A stretch of 32,000 bases of DNA, from the NCBI GenBank assembly GCA_026625185.1, contig CP113000.1:2355622-2387621 (forward strand), in the 5' to 3' direction. The DNA is from Thermodesulfobacteriota bacterium (GTDB lineage Bacteria > Desulfobacterota > WTBG01 > JAGOGO01). The position numbers were made by a program, and so were the translations under genes. Below the pieces are notes generated by a model, which was not told where the DNA came from, made no database searches, and saw only the letters and a list, made by a program, of their open reading frames with translations. Shown piece by piece: positions 1 to 9,767 of the stretch (the first letter of the stretch is position 1; each line of letters starts with the position of its first letter).

Positions 1-646
1 ATGCTTTTTAATCGCGAGTAGTTCCCTGGTAGCTTCTCGGAGAAAGGTGCTTTCCGTTCCTTTTATTTCTTCCCCTTCAAAAGCTTTTTTACGATTTTAA
101 CACGAAAAGTAAAAATATCAAAAATATTAATGGCTTTAAGGGATATGGGTAGGCTTTCCCTGCCATCCGTCCTTGTCTCTATACAGGCATTTTTCCTTTA
201 AGCCAATAAATGGCTACAGCCTATCGCAACTGACTAAAAACTCAAGGGAAAAATTTGCTATACCTCTATCGCTTTTTCTTTATTTTTCTCACGCTCTGTG
301 CTAATTGTGTGGCCTGAAAAATTATTTTTCTTGACGGGGTGATGGATCATGTAAAGATAGTGGGTATTTGGATTCGGGTCTTCACTGAAGATCAGGCCAA
401 GGGCGAAAGCCCGGAACACCATAAAAGGCGTGCCCGATTTTATGACCAATCAAAAAGAAGGAAATGAGAGAGATTGAGCATTTTGAGTCAGGAATAAACT
501 GGTGTCCAAATAGTGTCCATGAGAGAGCTAAAATGGGGTAAAAAGACCTGACAGAATCTAAAACAGAAACAATAAAAAAATATTTTTAAAACAATAAGTT
601 AGATAAATATTTGCCTATATTCGATAACTTGCAAAAGTCCCATAAA

Positions 647-688
<42 letters not shown>

Positions 689-702
689 TGTGTTTTTAAT
701 TT

Positions 703-1854
703 ATGTTAAAAACTAATACGTTGTCAAGTAAAAGCCCGTTAAGTTTTTATCATCAAAAGGACGCCTTCTTCTGGCTCTGTCTTGGCCAGGTTCCCGGAGT
801 AGGCAATATTATTTATAACCGGCTAATTAAAAAGTTTAAAACCCCGGAAAAAGTTTTTCACGCCTCGCCGGAGGAGCTAAAAAAAATTGAAGGGCTTCGC
901 TCCCAAACGATTGAGGCAGTCGTTGCTTTCAAAGATAACGATTGGGCAAAAAAAGAATTGGACCAGATCGAAAAACAGGGGATTACCTTTTTAACCTTAC
1001 AGGATGAGCGGTTCCCTCGAAATCTAAAAGAAATTTATGACCCCCCGCCTTTTTTATATGTTAAAGGAGAGCTTTGGGAAAAAGGCCACCTCTCCATAGC
1101 AATGGTCGGCTCCCGAAACGCATCATCCTATGGAAAGACAATTACCAAACGTCTTTCCCGAGCCTTGGCCGAACGAGGATTCACGATTGTGAGTGGTTTA
1201 GCAAGAGGGATTGATACCTGTGCCCATAAAGGCGCTCTGGAAGGGGGGGGGAGGACGTTGGCCGTGCTTGGATCCGGCATCGACCTCATCTATCCTTGGG
1301 AGAATAAGGGACTGGCTGAAGAAATTACTCGCCACGGGGCTATTATATCGGAATTTCCTTTGGGGACTCAACCCGAAGCAATCAATTTCCCTCCCCGAAA
1401 TCGAATCATCAGCGGTCTTTCTTTAGGAACCGTTATCGTGGAAGCCTCCTTTCGGAGCGGTTCCCTGGTCACCGCTCGGATGGCCTTAGAACAAGGAAGA
1501 GATGTTTTTGCGGTTCCCGGCAATGTTGATTCTCCCTGGAGCAAGGGAACGAACCGCTTGATCAAAGAAGGGGCGAAACTTATTATGGACCCGGAGGATA
1601 TTATCGATGAGGTGATGCCCCAATACAAAGCGCCAATAACCTCCGGGCAAGAGAAACCTCCGGAGACAAAGGGATTAACGCCTGAAGGTCAAAAAATTTT
1701 TGACCTGCTCGACAGTAATCCCCTGCATATTGACCACCTCATCCAACACAGCGGGCTGCAACCCAATCTGGTTTCGAGCCTGCTCCTTGAGTTAGAAATC
1801 AATGGATTGGTAAAACAACTACTTGGAAAAATGTTTATTAAATGTGAGCGTTAA
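703..1854 (+). CDS. dprA: DNA-processing protein DprA (Smf)
   Basis: 383-aa ORF with DprA core motifs GSRNASSYG, SGLARGID, GSGIDLIYP, RNRIISGLS and VVEA..RSGSLVTARMALEQGRDVFAVPG. It lies directly upstream of topA, a common arrangement. Confidence 0.9.
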   Translation: MLKTNTLSSKSPLSFYHQKDAFFWLCLGQVPGVGNIIYNRLIKKFKTPEKVFHASPEELKKIEGLRSQTIEAVVAFKDNDWAKKELDQIEKQGITFLTLQDERFPRNLKEIYDPPPFLYVKGELWEKGHLSIAMVGSRNASSYGKTITKRLSRALAERGFTIVSGLARGIDTCAHKGALEGGGRTLAVLGSGIDLIYPWENKGLAEEITRHGAIISEFPLGTQPEAINFPPRNRIISGLSLGTVIVEASFRSGSLVTARMALEQGRDVFAVPGNVDSPWSKGTNRLIKEGAKLIMDPEDIIDEVMPQYKAPITSGQEKPPETKGLTPEGQKIFDLLDSNPLHIDHLIQHSGLQPNLVSSLLLELEINGLVKQLLGKMFIKCER

Positions 1855-1858
1855 AAGC

Positions 1859-4075
1859 ATGGCAGAATCTTTACTCATTGTTGAATCACCCACAAAAGTT
1901 AAAACCATTAATAAATTCTTAGGGGAAAAATTTCAGGTTATGGCCTGCATGGGACATGTCCGAGGACTTCCCAGCCGGTCAGGTTCGGTGGACATACAGA
2001 ACGATTTCACCCCCCACTATGAGATCATCGCTCAAAGCTCCAAACATCTTAATCTGATAAAAAAAACCCTGAACGGGGTCAAAGACATTTATTTGGCTAC
2101 TGACCTTGACCGAGAAGGAGAGGCCATTGCCTGGCATCTGGTAGAAGCGCTCGGTATTAATAAGGAAGAAAAAAAGAAAAAAGTTGCGCTTAAGCGAATA
2201 ACGTTTCATGAAATCACTGAACCGGCAATTGCCGAGGCGATGAAGCATCCAAGAGCTATTTCCTTACCGCTCGTTGATGCCCAGCAAGGCCGGGCAGTCC
2301 TCGATTATCTTTTTGGATTTAATTTGAGTCCTTTCCTCTGGCGCAAAGTCCGTTCCGGCCTTTCTGCCGGAAGAGTTCAATCTCCTGCACTACGGATGAT
2401 TTGCGAGAGGGAACTTGAGATCCGCGCTTTTAAAGAAGAAGAATACTGGACCATCACGGCAGAGCTCTCTACGGCAAAGCCAGCCACTCCCATCACCACG
2501 TTTAACGCCTTGTTAACGGCAATTGACGATCGTCCCTTAGAAAAATTGGGAATCAAAACCGAAACCCACGCCCAAGAAATAACCGCGGCTCTGCGCGATG
2601 CCCCCTTTCGGGTAAAGAAAATCCATAAACAAGAACGAAAAGAAAATCCTCCTCCTCCCCTGATCACCAGCACCTTGCAGCAGGAAGCCAGCACCAAACT
2701 GGGGTTTTCCGCCAAAAAAACCATGTCCCTCGCCCAGCGGCTTTACGAGGGGGTAGAGATCGGCGGGGAAAGCGAAGGCCTTATTACCTACATGCGGACC
2801 GACAGTTTCAACGTGGCAGCTGTCGCCATCGAGAGCATACGGAGTTTGATCCAGCAACGTTTTGGATCAGAGTATCTCAATAAAACTATCCGCCGATTCA
2901 AACAAAAGTCAAAGACCGCGCAGGAAGCTCATGAGGCAATCCGGCCGACAGATATCAAGAGAACTCCGGGGAATCTTAAACCTTATCTTCCTTCTGACCA
3001 GTATAAGCTTTATGACCTTATCTGGAGAAGAACGCTAGCCACTCAGATGTCTCAGTCGGTTGAGGATCGGGTTTCCGTGGATATCGCCGGAGGTAAAAAC
3101 TATCTTTTTCGTGCTCATGGTTCAATCCTCACCTTCCCCGGATTTAAGAAAGCTTTCCTCTCCGAGAAAGAAACGAAATCTAAAAAAGAAACTGACGTTC
3201 TGCCTCCGCTCAATAAAAATCAGGAATTAGATCTTGTTACTCTGAATCCGGAGCAACACTTTACCAAGCCGCCCCCGCGTTACACGGAAGCTTCTTTAGT
3301 AAAGGCTTTGGAAGAATATGGCATTGGCCGGCCTTCCACCTATGCGAGCATCATTAGTGTGCTTCAGGATCGAGACTATGTAAAACTGGAGAGCAGAAAG
3401 TTCATTCCCCAGGAAATCGGAATGATCGTCCACAAATTACTGAAGGGCCACTTTTCTCAATACGTTGACTATCAGTTTACCGCACGGGTGGAAGACGAAC
3501 TGGATAGCATCGCCCGAGGAGAAGCGAGCTGGAAAAGAGTGGTGCGGAACTTCTGGGAGCCGTTTATACAACTTATCAAAAAAAAGAACGCGGAAGTTAA
3601 AAAATCAGATGTCGTCAATGAACCTACCGATGAGATTTGTCCGGAGTGCGGAAAACCTTTAGTGAGTCGCTTAGGCCCCTATAGCCGGTTTTTGGCCTGC
3701 ACGGGGTATCCCCAATGTCGCTTCGTTAAACCGATCTCCACAGAAGAGATATCCCTCGAGACTGACGACAAAAAAACTGATGAAGTCTGTGAGAAGTGCG
3801 GCTTGCCCATGGCAGTGAAGCGGAGCCGTTTTGGTCTTTTTCTGGGTTGCTCCGGATACCCAGCCTGTACCAACACCAAACCGCTGGGGGGTGGCCCACG
3901 GGAAAATGCTAAATCTTCAGACGAGAAGTGCGAAAAATGCGGGGAATTTCTGGTGATCAAAAAGAACCGTTTCGGAAGAACTTTTCTTGCTTGTCCTAAT
4001 TACCCGAAATGTACCTATGCGAAGTCAATAAAGAAAAAACCAGCGACAACCAAAGCAGCAGAAACGAACCCATAA
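1859..4075 (+). CDS. topA: DNA topoisomerase I (type IA)
   Basis: The track ORF is 1823-4075. The preferred start is ATG 1859 (MAESLLIVESPTK, a Toprim N-terminus), 4 nt after the dprA stop. Motifs EGEAIAWH and ITYMRTDS (catalytic Tyr) are present, plus three C-terminal C4 zinc ribbons (CPECG..C..C, CEKCG..C..C, CEKCG..C..C). Confidence 0.95.
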   Translation: MAESLLIVESPTKVKTINKFLGEKFQVMACMGHVRGLPSRSGSVDIQNDFTPHYEIIAQSSKHLNLIKKTLNGVKDIYLATDLDREGEAIAWHLVEALGINKEEKKKKVALKRITFHEITEPAIAEAMKHPRAISLPLVDAQQGRAVLDYLFGFNLSPFLWRKVRSGLSAGRVQSPALRMICERELEIRAFKEEEYWTITAELSTAKPATPITTFNALLTAIDDRPLEKLGIKTETHAQEITAALRDAPFRVKKIHKQERKENPPPPLITSTLQQEASTKLGFSAKKTMSLAQRLYEGVEIGGESEGLITYMRTDSFNVAAVAIESIRSLIQQRFGSEYLNKTIRRFKQKSKTAQEAHEAIRPTDIKRTPGNLKPYLPSDQYKLYDLIWRRTLATQMSQSVEDRVSVDIAGGKNYLFRAHGSILTFPGFKKAFLSEKETKSKKETDVLPPLNKNQELDLVTLNPEQHFTKPPPRYTEASLVKALEEYGIGRPSTYASIISVLQDRDYVKLESRKFIPQEIGMIVHKLLKGHFSQYVDYQFTARVEDELDSIARGEASWKRVVRNFWEPFIQLIKKKNAEVKKSDVVNEPTDEICPECGKPLVSRLGPYSRFLACTGYPQCRFVKPISTEEISLETDDKKTDEVCEKCGLPMAVKRSRFGLFLGCSGYPACTNTKPLGGGPRENAKSSDEKCEKCGEFLVIKKNRFGRTFLACPNYPKCTYAKSIKKKPATTKAAETNP

Positions 4076-4170
4076 GCAAAAAACCATGAGTGCTTCAGGT
4101 TACCCATCATCACAATACGAGGCTTGGAGCCAATATACAGAAGAAGAAAAGATAATCCCATTTCTCGTTC

Positions 4171-4199
4171 TTGACTTATGAACCCTGAATCCTTAAGAT
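4171..4199 (+). promoter_or_regulatory. candidate sigma70-type promoter for the TolC-like gene
   Basis: TTGACT (4171-4176), a 17-nt spacer, then TAAGAT (4194-4199). A 16-nt imperfect palindrome TGTCTTTCGAAACACA follows at 4221-4236 and could be an operator. Confidence 0.4.
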
Positions 4200-4253
4200 T
4201 CAGATCAATAATGTTAAAGGTGTCTTTCGAAACACATCCTTGTGCCTTAGGCC

Positions 4254-5621
4254 TTGGGTGAGATTTTCCAAGGAGGGAAAAAATCGTATGCAAAAAAAAA
4301 AATTGCTCTGGTTATTTTAATCTTTTGCCTCTGCGGGGGTGGCATAAATGCAAAAGCCCAGGAGCAAGGAGAGGCTTTAACTTTAGAACAGAGTATTGCC
4401 ATTGCGCTCGAACGAAGCCCTTTATTCCATTTGGCTCAGAAAGAAGTCACGCGAACAAATTTTTTGCAAAAGGGAGCACGTTCTGACTTTTTCCCAAAAC
4501 TCTCAACCGGATATAACTTCACTCAGTTGAATGAACCTCAGCATTTCAATGTCCCGGCCTCCGGATCTGTTCCCGCGCATAGCATCACAACTGGTCCTTT
4601 ACATACCTATATTTGGAACGTCACCGTGGAACAACCCTTGTTTACCGGCTGGTCAATCACTACCAACTATCAACTTGCCAAGCTCGGCTTTGACATCGCG
4701 AAAGTTCAAGAAATCCAGGCAAAGCACGACCTGATAAGAAACGTAAAAATCGGATATTTTGAGCTGTTAAAAGCCGAAAAGTTCCTCGGGGTAGCCATAC
4801 AAACCGAGAAACAAGTTGGTGAACATTACAAGGTAGCGGAATCCTTCTTTGATGTAGGCATTATTCCGAAAAATGACCTCCTCCAATCTGAAGTTCAATT
4901 AGCTCAAGCAAAACAGAATCTCATCCAAGCTGACAATGGGGTCAACATCGCCAAATCAACCTTTAATACCATTCTTCGGAGAGATGTTAATGAACCTCTC
5001 GAAGTGGTAGATATCCTCACCTATGCACCCTCGACTGAGACCCTTGATGATTGCATTTGCAAGGCTTACCTTAACCGTCCTGAACTAAAAGAAATGGCTC
5101 TAAAAGTGGAGGAGGCGCGCAAACAAATTACCCTGGCAAAGAGCCATTTTTACCCCAGCCTTTCTCTCCAACTCTATTACGAAAAGCAGGGCGATACACC
5201 TGATGTGCGTGGCACACAGTTCCAAGATGAAGAAAGCTGGAATATTTTTACCTCACTAAATTGGACCTTCTGGGAATGGGGTAAGACCTACTATTCAGTA
5301 AAGGCAAACAAGATTGGTGTCATCCAGGCTGAGGACGCCCTTGTTCAGGTTCGAGACACAGTAACCTTAGAGGTCAAGAATGCTTTTCTGAAGCTTCAAG
5401 AGTCTGAAAAAAATATCAAGGTGACGGAGACCGCTATCGACAGTGCTGAGGAAAATTTTCGCTTGAATGAAGCCCGGTATAAAGAGCAAGTAGCTACCAC
5501 AACCGATGTCATGGATGCCCAAACCCTGCTTACCCAGGCACAGATAAACTACTATAATGCCTTAAGTGACTATAATATCGCTCGGGCGCAGCTTGAACGG
5601 GCTATGGGCTTGGAAAAATGA
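4254..5621 (+). CDS. TolC-family outer membrane efflux protein (start unresolved, see A11 tract)
   Basis: 455-aa ORF from TTG 4254, which has no SD. It has the signal-like segment KKKIALVILIFCLCGGGINAKA and two tandem OEP-type repeats. The C-terminal region (QINYYNALSDYNIARAQLERAMG) is typical of outer-membrane efflux proteins. Confidence 0.85.
   Translation: MGEIFQGGKKSYAKKKIALVILIFCLCGGGINAKAQEQGEALTLEQSIAIALERSPLFHLAQKEVTRTNFLQKGARSDFFPKLSTGYNFTQLNEPQHFNVPASGSVPAHSITTGPLHTYIWNVTVEQPLFTGWSITTNYQLAKLGFDIAKVQEIQAKHDLIRNVKIGYFELLKAEKFLGVAIQTEKQVGEHYKVAESFFDVGIIPKNDLLQSEVQLAQAKQNLIQADNGVNIAKSTFNTILRRDVNEPLEVVDILTYAPSTETLDDCICKAYLNRPELKEMALKVEEARKQITLAKSHFYPSLSLQLYYEKQGDTPDVRGTQFQDEESWNIFTSLNWTFWEWGKTYYSVKANKIGVIQAEDALVQVRDTVTLEVKNAFLKLQESEKNIKVTETAIDSAEENFRLNEARYKEQVATTTDVMDAQTLLTQAQINYYNALSDYNIARAQLERAMGLEK
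4292..4302 (+). repeat. A11 homopolymer between SD+ATG(4288) and the TolC-like reading frame
   Basis: AGGAGG (4271-4276) is followed 11 nt later by ATG 4288 and then C plus 11 A. The ATG frame stops after 10 codons. A12 or A9 would fuse it to the long ORF, giving MQKKKIALVIL... Confidence 0.9.
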
Positions 5622-5813
5622 TGCTAACCGGCTATTGAAAAATTTTAACTGGACACTACTATAACAAAGTGTATTATAATAATTTTTTAAAAAGTAAACA
5701 GTTTATTTACAGCAACTAAAAAATAAACCCTTGATGCTTCTTTGAGGTTATGCAAAAATTAGTAGACTTTTTGGTGTATTTTAAAATTCAATGTGTTTTT
5801 TTTCAGGCATCCC

Positions 5814-6587
5814 ATGAAACAAAAAAAAATTTTTATAATCATCATTGCATTACTGGTGTTTGTTTCCGGCTGTATTCTTTTTGGCGGGGACACTTCGAGC
5901 GACCCGGAGCCTAAACTTTTTCAGGAGATCATTACCGCTTATAATAACCACGCTTACGAAAGCAGCATCAAGGCTTGTGAACAGTTTCTTGCGAAGTATC
6001 AAAAATCGAAGGCTAAAGAGTCGGTTATGATGCGGATGGGAGAATCTTTTGAAGGGCTTTTAAACCGGGACTATCATGAATTAATCAGTAAAGGGATGGA
6101 AGAAAAAAAAGCTCAAGATTCGTTTTTGGCTAAACATGGTTCTTACCATTGCTGGGAAGTTAGCGAAGGAGGACTTCGGTATAATAAGGAGATGTTTCGA
6201 AAGCTTTTAAAAGAAAACCCCCAAAGCTTTTACGCCGACGAAGCAGCGTATAACCTCATTTCCTGGGAACCGGATTATAAGGAAGACCCAGACCGAGTCC
6301 AAAAAGAGATCAAAGGATTAAATGGAGTTTTAACCCAATACCCTACGACGAGCCTTCGTCCCAAAATTTATTTTCAAATGGGATATCGCTTTCAGATTCT
6401 TTTTGAGATATATAGCTTTGCCAAAGATCAAAGCAAGAGGGACAAAGCCAAAGCTAAAGAAAGTTTCCGTCGGGCTGAAGACTCCTATAACCTCTGTTTG
6501 ATCTTTCCTGAGGAATCGGAATATTCACAAAAATCATTGCGCAATTTAGACTTGTTACGCCAGGGAACACGAATATACATTAAATAA
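5814..6587 (+). CDS. lipoprotein with TPR-like helical repeats (BamD/YbgF-like)
   Basis: The track ORF starts at GTG 5793. ATG 5814 gives MKQKKIFIIIIALLVFVSGC with lipobox VSGC. The remainder is helical and rich in Y/A/K, with segments such as ENPQSFYADEAAYNLI that resemble BamD/YbgF-type lipoproteins. Confidence 0.7.
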   Translation: MKQKKIFIIIIALLVFVSGCILFGGDTSSDPEPKLFQEIITAYNNHAYESSIKACEQFLAKYQKSKAKESVMMRMGESFEGLLNRDYHELISKGMEEKKAQDSFLAKHGSYHCWEVSEGGLRYNKEMFRKLLKENPQSFYADEAAYNLISWEPDYKEDPDRVQKEIKGLNGVLTQYPTTSLRPKIYFQMGYRFQILFEIYSFAKDQSKRDKAKAKESFRRAEDSYNLCLIFPEESEYSQKSLRNLDLLRQGTRIYIK

Positions 6588-6656
6588 CGATTTATATTTA
6601 TCCGAAGAATGAAACAGCCGGTGTAAATGATAAAATAATCGCTTTCTGAAGAAAAA

Positions 6657-6935
6657 ATGGAAAAAGCAAGAGCGCACGTTATTATTGAAGGAAGAGTCCA
6701 GGGAGTATTTTTTCGGGCGTTTACTCAAGACGAAGCTCGCCTCAGGAAATTAACCGGGTGGGTAAAAAACCGCTATGATGGTAAGGTGGAGGCAGTGTTT
6801 GAAGGAGAAAAAAATGCGGTTCAGGCTGTCATTGATTGGTGCTATATCGGCTCACCCCATGCCTCGGTAAAAAACGTAGCAATACAATGGGAAGATTATC
6901 AAGGAGAGTTTTCCTCTTTTTCCATCACCTACTGA
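6657..6935 (+). CDS. acyP: acylphosphatase
   Basis: 92 aa with the acylphosphatase signature V.G.VQGV.FR and G.V.N..DG.VE..(F/V)EG. The size is typical. Confidence 0.9.
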   Translation: MEKARAHVIIEGRVQGVFFRAFTQDEARLRKLTGWVKNRYDGKVEAVFEGEKNAVQAVIDWCYIGSPHASVKNVAIQWEDYQGEFSSFSITY

Positions 6936-7387
6936 TTGTTATCGGCGATTTTCCGGATAACCTCGATCGTATCCCCCACTGCAACTTTTCCATCGGTCAG
7001 AATTTTTATAAATATCCCCTCCCGAGGCATTATGCAATCACCGGTTTTATAGTAGATCGCGCAGCGGTCATGGCAGACTTTGCCGATCTGGGTTATCTCG
7101 CCAATAACCGAATCTCCTAAACGTAGTTTTGATCCTACCCCCAAGTTGATTAAATCAATACCTTGGGTAACAATGTTCTCGCCAAAGTCACCATAGTCAA
7201 GCTCCAAACCCAACTTCTTCATCTTCTCGATTGATTCATGTGCCAACAGACTCACCTGCCGATGCCATGCTCCCGCATGAGCGTCACCTTCGATCCCATG
7301 ATGAGCTTTCAGTTCTCCTGAACCAACATTTTTTTTTTGCGTTCCTTTTTCCTTGCTCACACAAACCGCCAAAATCTTTCCTTTCAT
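6929..7387 (-). CDS. MOSC domain-containing protein
   Basis: 152 aa with HGIEGDAHAG, RQVSLL, GDFGENI and a C-terminal beta-barrel-like part with conserved Cys (KVCHDRCAIY). Its 3' end overlaps acyP by 7 nt in convergent orientation. Confidence 0.85.
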   Translation of the reverse strand: MKGKILAVCVSKEKGTQKKNVGSGELKAHHGIEGDAHAGAWHRQVSLLAHESIEKMKKLGLELDYGDFGENIVTQGIDLINLGVGSKLRLGDSVIGEITQIGKVCHDRCAIYYKTGDCIMPREGIFIKILTDGKVAVGDTIEVIRKIADNNQ

Positions 7388-7631
7388 GCACCCAACTCCT
7401 GAAAAAGTTTCCTCAATCGCCTGAGTTTTGAGTAATTATATTATAGCGTGATCCCAAAATTAATTTCAAGAAGATATCCTGATCGGCCTTACTAAACCTC
7501 CTCTGACGTTACGTCTGTTTTTTTTATCAATCAGGTAAAGTCGAAGCTTCTATTCAATTTACTTGAAAATTATTGGGTAAAATTTTATATTTTAAAAAAC
7601 TATTTAATGTAACCTCGTTATCGGATGGAAC

Positions 7632-8114
7632 ATGCCTATTTATGAGTTTTTTTGTCCTGACTGCAATACTGTCTTTAACTTTTATTCTCCCGCAGTAAAC
7701 ACCCATAAAATCCCTCGGTGTCCACAGTGCCAGCGACGCGAAATGAAAAGACTCTTATCAAACTTTGCCACGATTTCAGTTAAAAAGGAACCAGGAGAAA
7801 ACGAAGATATTCCCCTGGGTGAAGCAAAGATGATGGAGGCGGTGCAGATGATGGAAAAAGAGATGAAAAATGTCGAGGAAGATGATCACCGGCAGGTGGT
7901 CTCGATTCTGCGGAAATTAAGCAAAACCTTGGGAGTAAAAGTGAACGACCGAGTGGAGGAAGCTATGCTCAAAATAGAAGCAGGCGCAGACCCGGAAGAG
8001 GTTGCCTCAGAAATAACCGAAGATTTAGATCCCGAAAGTTTTTTTGAGGGGAAAAAACCAACCGGAAACCAGGGTAAAAAAATAAGATACAATGAGACGC
8101 TTTATGAACTTTAG
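7632..8114 (+). CDS. FmdB-family zinc-ribbon protein with long acidic C-terminal tail
   Basis: The N-terminus MPIYEFFCPDCNTVF...CPQCQRREMKRLLSNF matches the FmdB/CxxC-x(n)-CxxC putative regulatory zinc ribbon. A ~110-aa E/K-rich tail follows. Confidence 0.8.
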   Translation: MPIYEFFCPDCNTVFNFYSPAVNTHKIPRCPQCQRREMKRLLSNFATISVKKEPGENEDIPLGEAKMMEAVQMMEKEMKNVEEDDHRQVVSILRKLSKTLGVKVNDRVEEAMLKIEAGADPEEVASEITEDLDPESFFEGKKPTGNQGKKIRYNETLYEL

Positions 8115-9045
8115 GAGGAGGGTAAACGGCTGGGCTCAAAAAATGGGGATGGAGGGGCAGGAACCGCTTATTAATCTCTTTTAATGCCGTATTAATCCAG
8201 ATTATAAAAATGTCTTAAACTTCATTAGCCTTAATCTATCCCTTTGCATTAATCACGGCCTTGACAAAATACATTTTTTTACTTTTTTTAAATTTACAAA
8301 GAGCGCATTCAAAAAAGGTCAACATTTTTTTGGGGTTAATTTTTTTTGAGGAATATCATAACGACCGCAACCAAAGAAAGTGGGGAGGGGCCTAGACCCA
8401 TTTCTCCTCATCCCGACTGGTGTCTTTATAACACAAGAAAATTTATTCTTTTTTATAAACCCAAAAGTCATGATGGAACGATCTCGTGCTTGATAAACCT
8501 TCGATCAACTCCTTTTTGCAAAACTTTTTTGGGTACTTCCGTTGCAATTTTATTGTTTTTACCCTTTATTGGCAACTATAAAATCTAGGCCCCTTAAATC
8601 AACAATCAATATTTCATGTTGTCTTCCCCTTTCCTATGAAGTTATCTTCAGAAATAGAAAAAAAGTTTAAGGCTTCCCATCATCCTAATAACAATTGGAT
8701 TGAATTTCCTTAATATTTTTTTCTTTATTACTGTTAAAAGATATTCAACCTATTACCGTTACCATCGTTTTTTTGATCGGTCCTTAACCGGTTAGGGGAC
8801 AAGTTTTTTAAAAAACAGAGGATTATTCGTTGGGCAGGCTTACAAGTGGATTCCCCTCCCCCCCCTCTTTCATCCTGTTTCTTTATTCCCCTTTTCCCGT
8901 TTGTCTATTTTGGTAACAAGAATTTTAATCCTTGTCTATAGGTAAACTACTTCATTTTTATAGGAAGAATTCCCAAGGCCGGGAATTTATCCTAAGAGTT
9001 GTAAAAAAGGCGGTAAGAAAGAAGATTTAGAGCGGGTTAGTCTTC

Positions 9046-9711
9046 CTAAAGGTCAAGATCAATCAGCCCAAGCTTAGCCGCATAGCGAAAAAAATCCGTC
9101 GTGCTATGGAACCCGAGCTTTTTCTGGATATTTGTTCGATGATTTTCGACTGTTTTGACGCTGATAAAAAGCATTTTTGAAATGTCTTTTTTGGAAATTC
9201 CTTTAGCAATTAACCGCATAACCTCTTGTTCCCGAGGCGTAAGAGTGCTGTAAGCGCTATTCATGATCTTTGCTTTTGTGGGAGCTTCAATCAACTGTTT
9301 TACTACCTGCAGAGAAATAACGCTATCGAGAAAATATTCTCCTCTAACGATTGCATACAACCCTTCCAAAAGCCGGTCAGAGGCAGACTCCTTGACCACA
9401 TAGCCGGCGGCTCCGGCTTGAAAAGCCTCAGCAATATAATGAATTTTAGAGTGCATGCTGACAATCAAAACGTGAGATTCCGGTAAAAAATCTTTAATGT
9501 CACGGAGCAAGGATATACCATTTTTATCCGGCAAGGAAAGGTCAAGGACAAAAAGATCGGGCTTAAGCTTTTTTGCCAGGCGAAGCCCTTCAGACCCGTC
9601 GCCCGCTTCTCCCACTACTTCAAAGTTAGGGTCACGAGCAATGATAGCTTTGATCCCTTCCCGAAAAAGAGGATGGTCATCAATGATTACTATGGTTTTT
9701 TGGGTAACCAA
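9046..9711 (-). CDS. NarL/FixJ (LuxR-type HTH) response regulator
   Basis: The receiver domain has DD at IIDDHP, a phospho-acceptor in FVLDLSLPD, and K in VVK. The C-terminal LuxR HTH reads LTPREQEVMRLIAKGISKKDISKMLFISVKTVENHRTNIQKKLG. Confidence 0.9.
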   Translation of the reverse strand: MVTQKTIVIIDDHPLFREGIKAIIARDPNFEVVGEAGDGSEGLRLAKKLKPDLFVLDLSLPDKNGISLLRDIKDFLPESHVLIVSMHSKIHYIAEAFQAGAAGYVVKESASDRLLEGLYAIVRGEYFLDSVISLQVVKQLIEAPTKAKIMNSAYSTLTPREQEVMRLIAKGISKKDISKMLFISVKTVENHRTNIQKKLGFHSTTDFFRYAAKLGLIDLDL

Positions 9712-9767
9712 ATAGTTTCTCCACTTTTATTTTTATAAAAAAATGTTGCTTCCGTCTTCTCGGCCTC

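Noticed and set aside
8346-8588. 80-aa ORF in the 8115-9045 gene desert.
   Set aside because: It has a TTG start embedded in a T7 run with no SD. The sequence shows no motif or pattern I could recognise as protein-like. It is only the longest chance ORF in a 930-bp spacer.
8387-8593. 10-bp inverted repeat GGGGCCTAGA ... TCTAGGCCCC flanking ~190 bp, which looks like MITE ends.
   Set aside because: The match does not extend beyond 10 bp. Roughly ten such 10-bp inverted pairs within 300 bp are expected by chance in 32 kb. No target-site duplication was seen.
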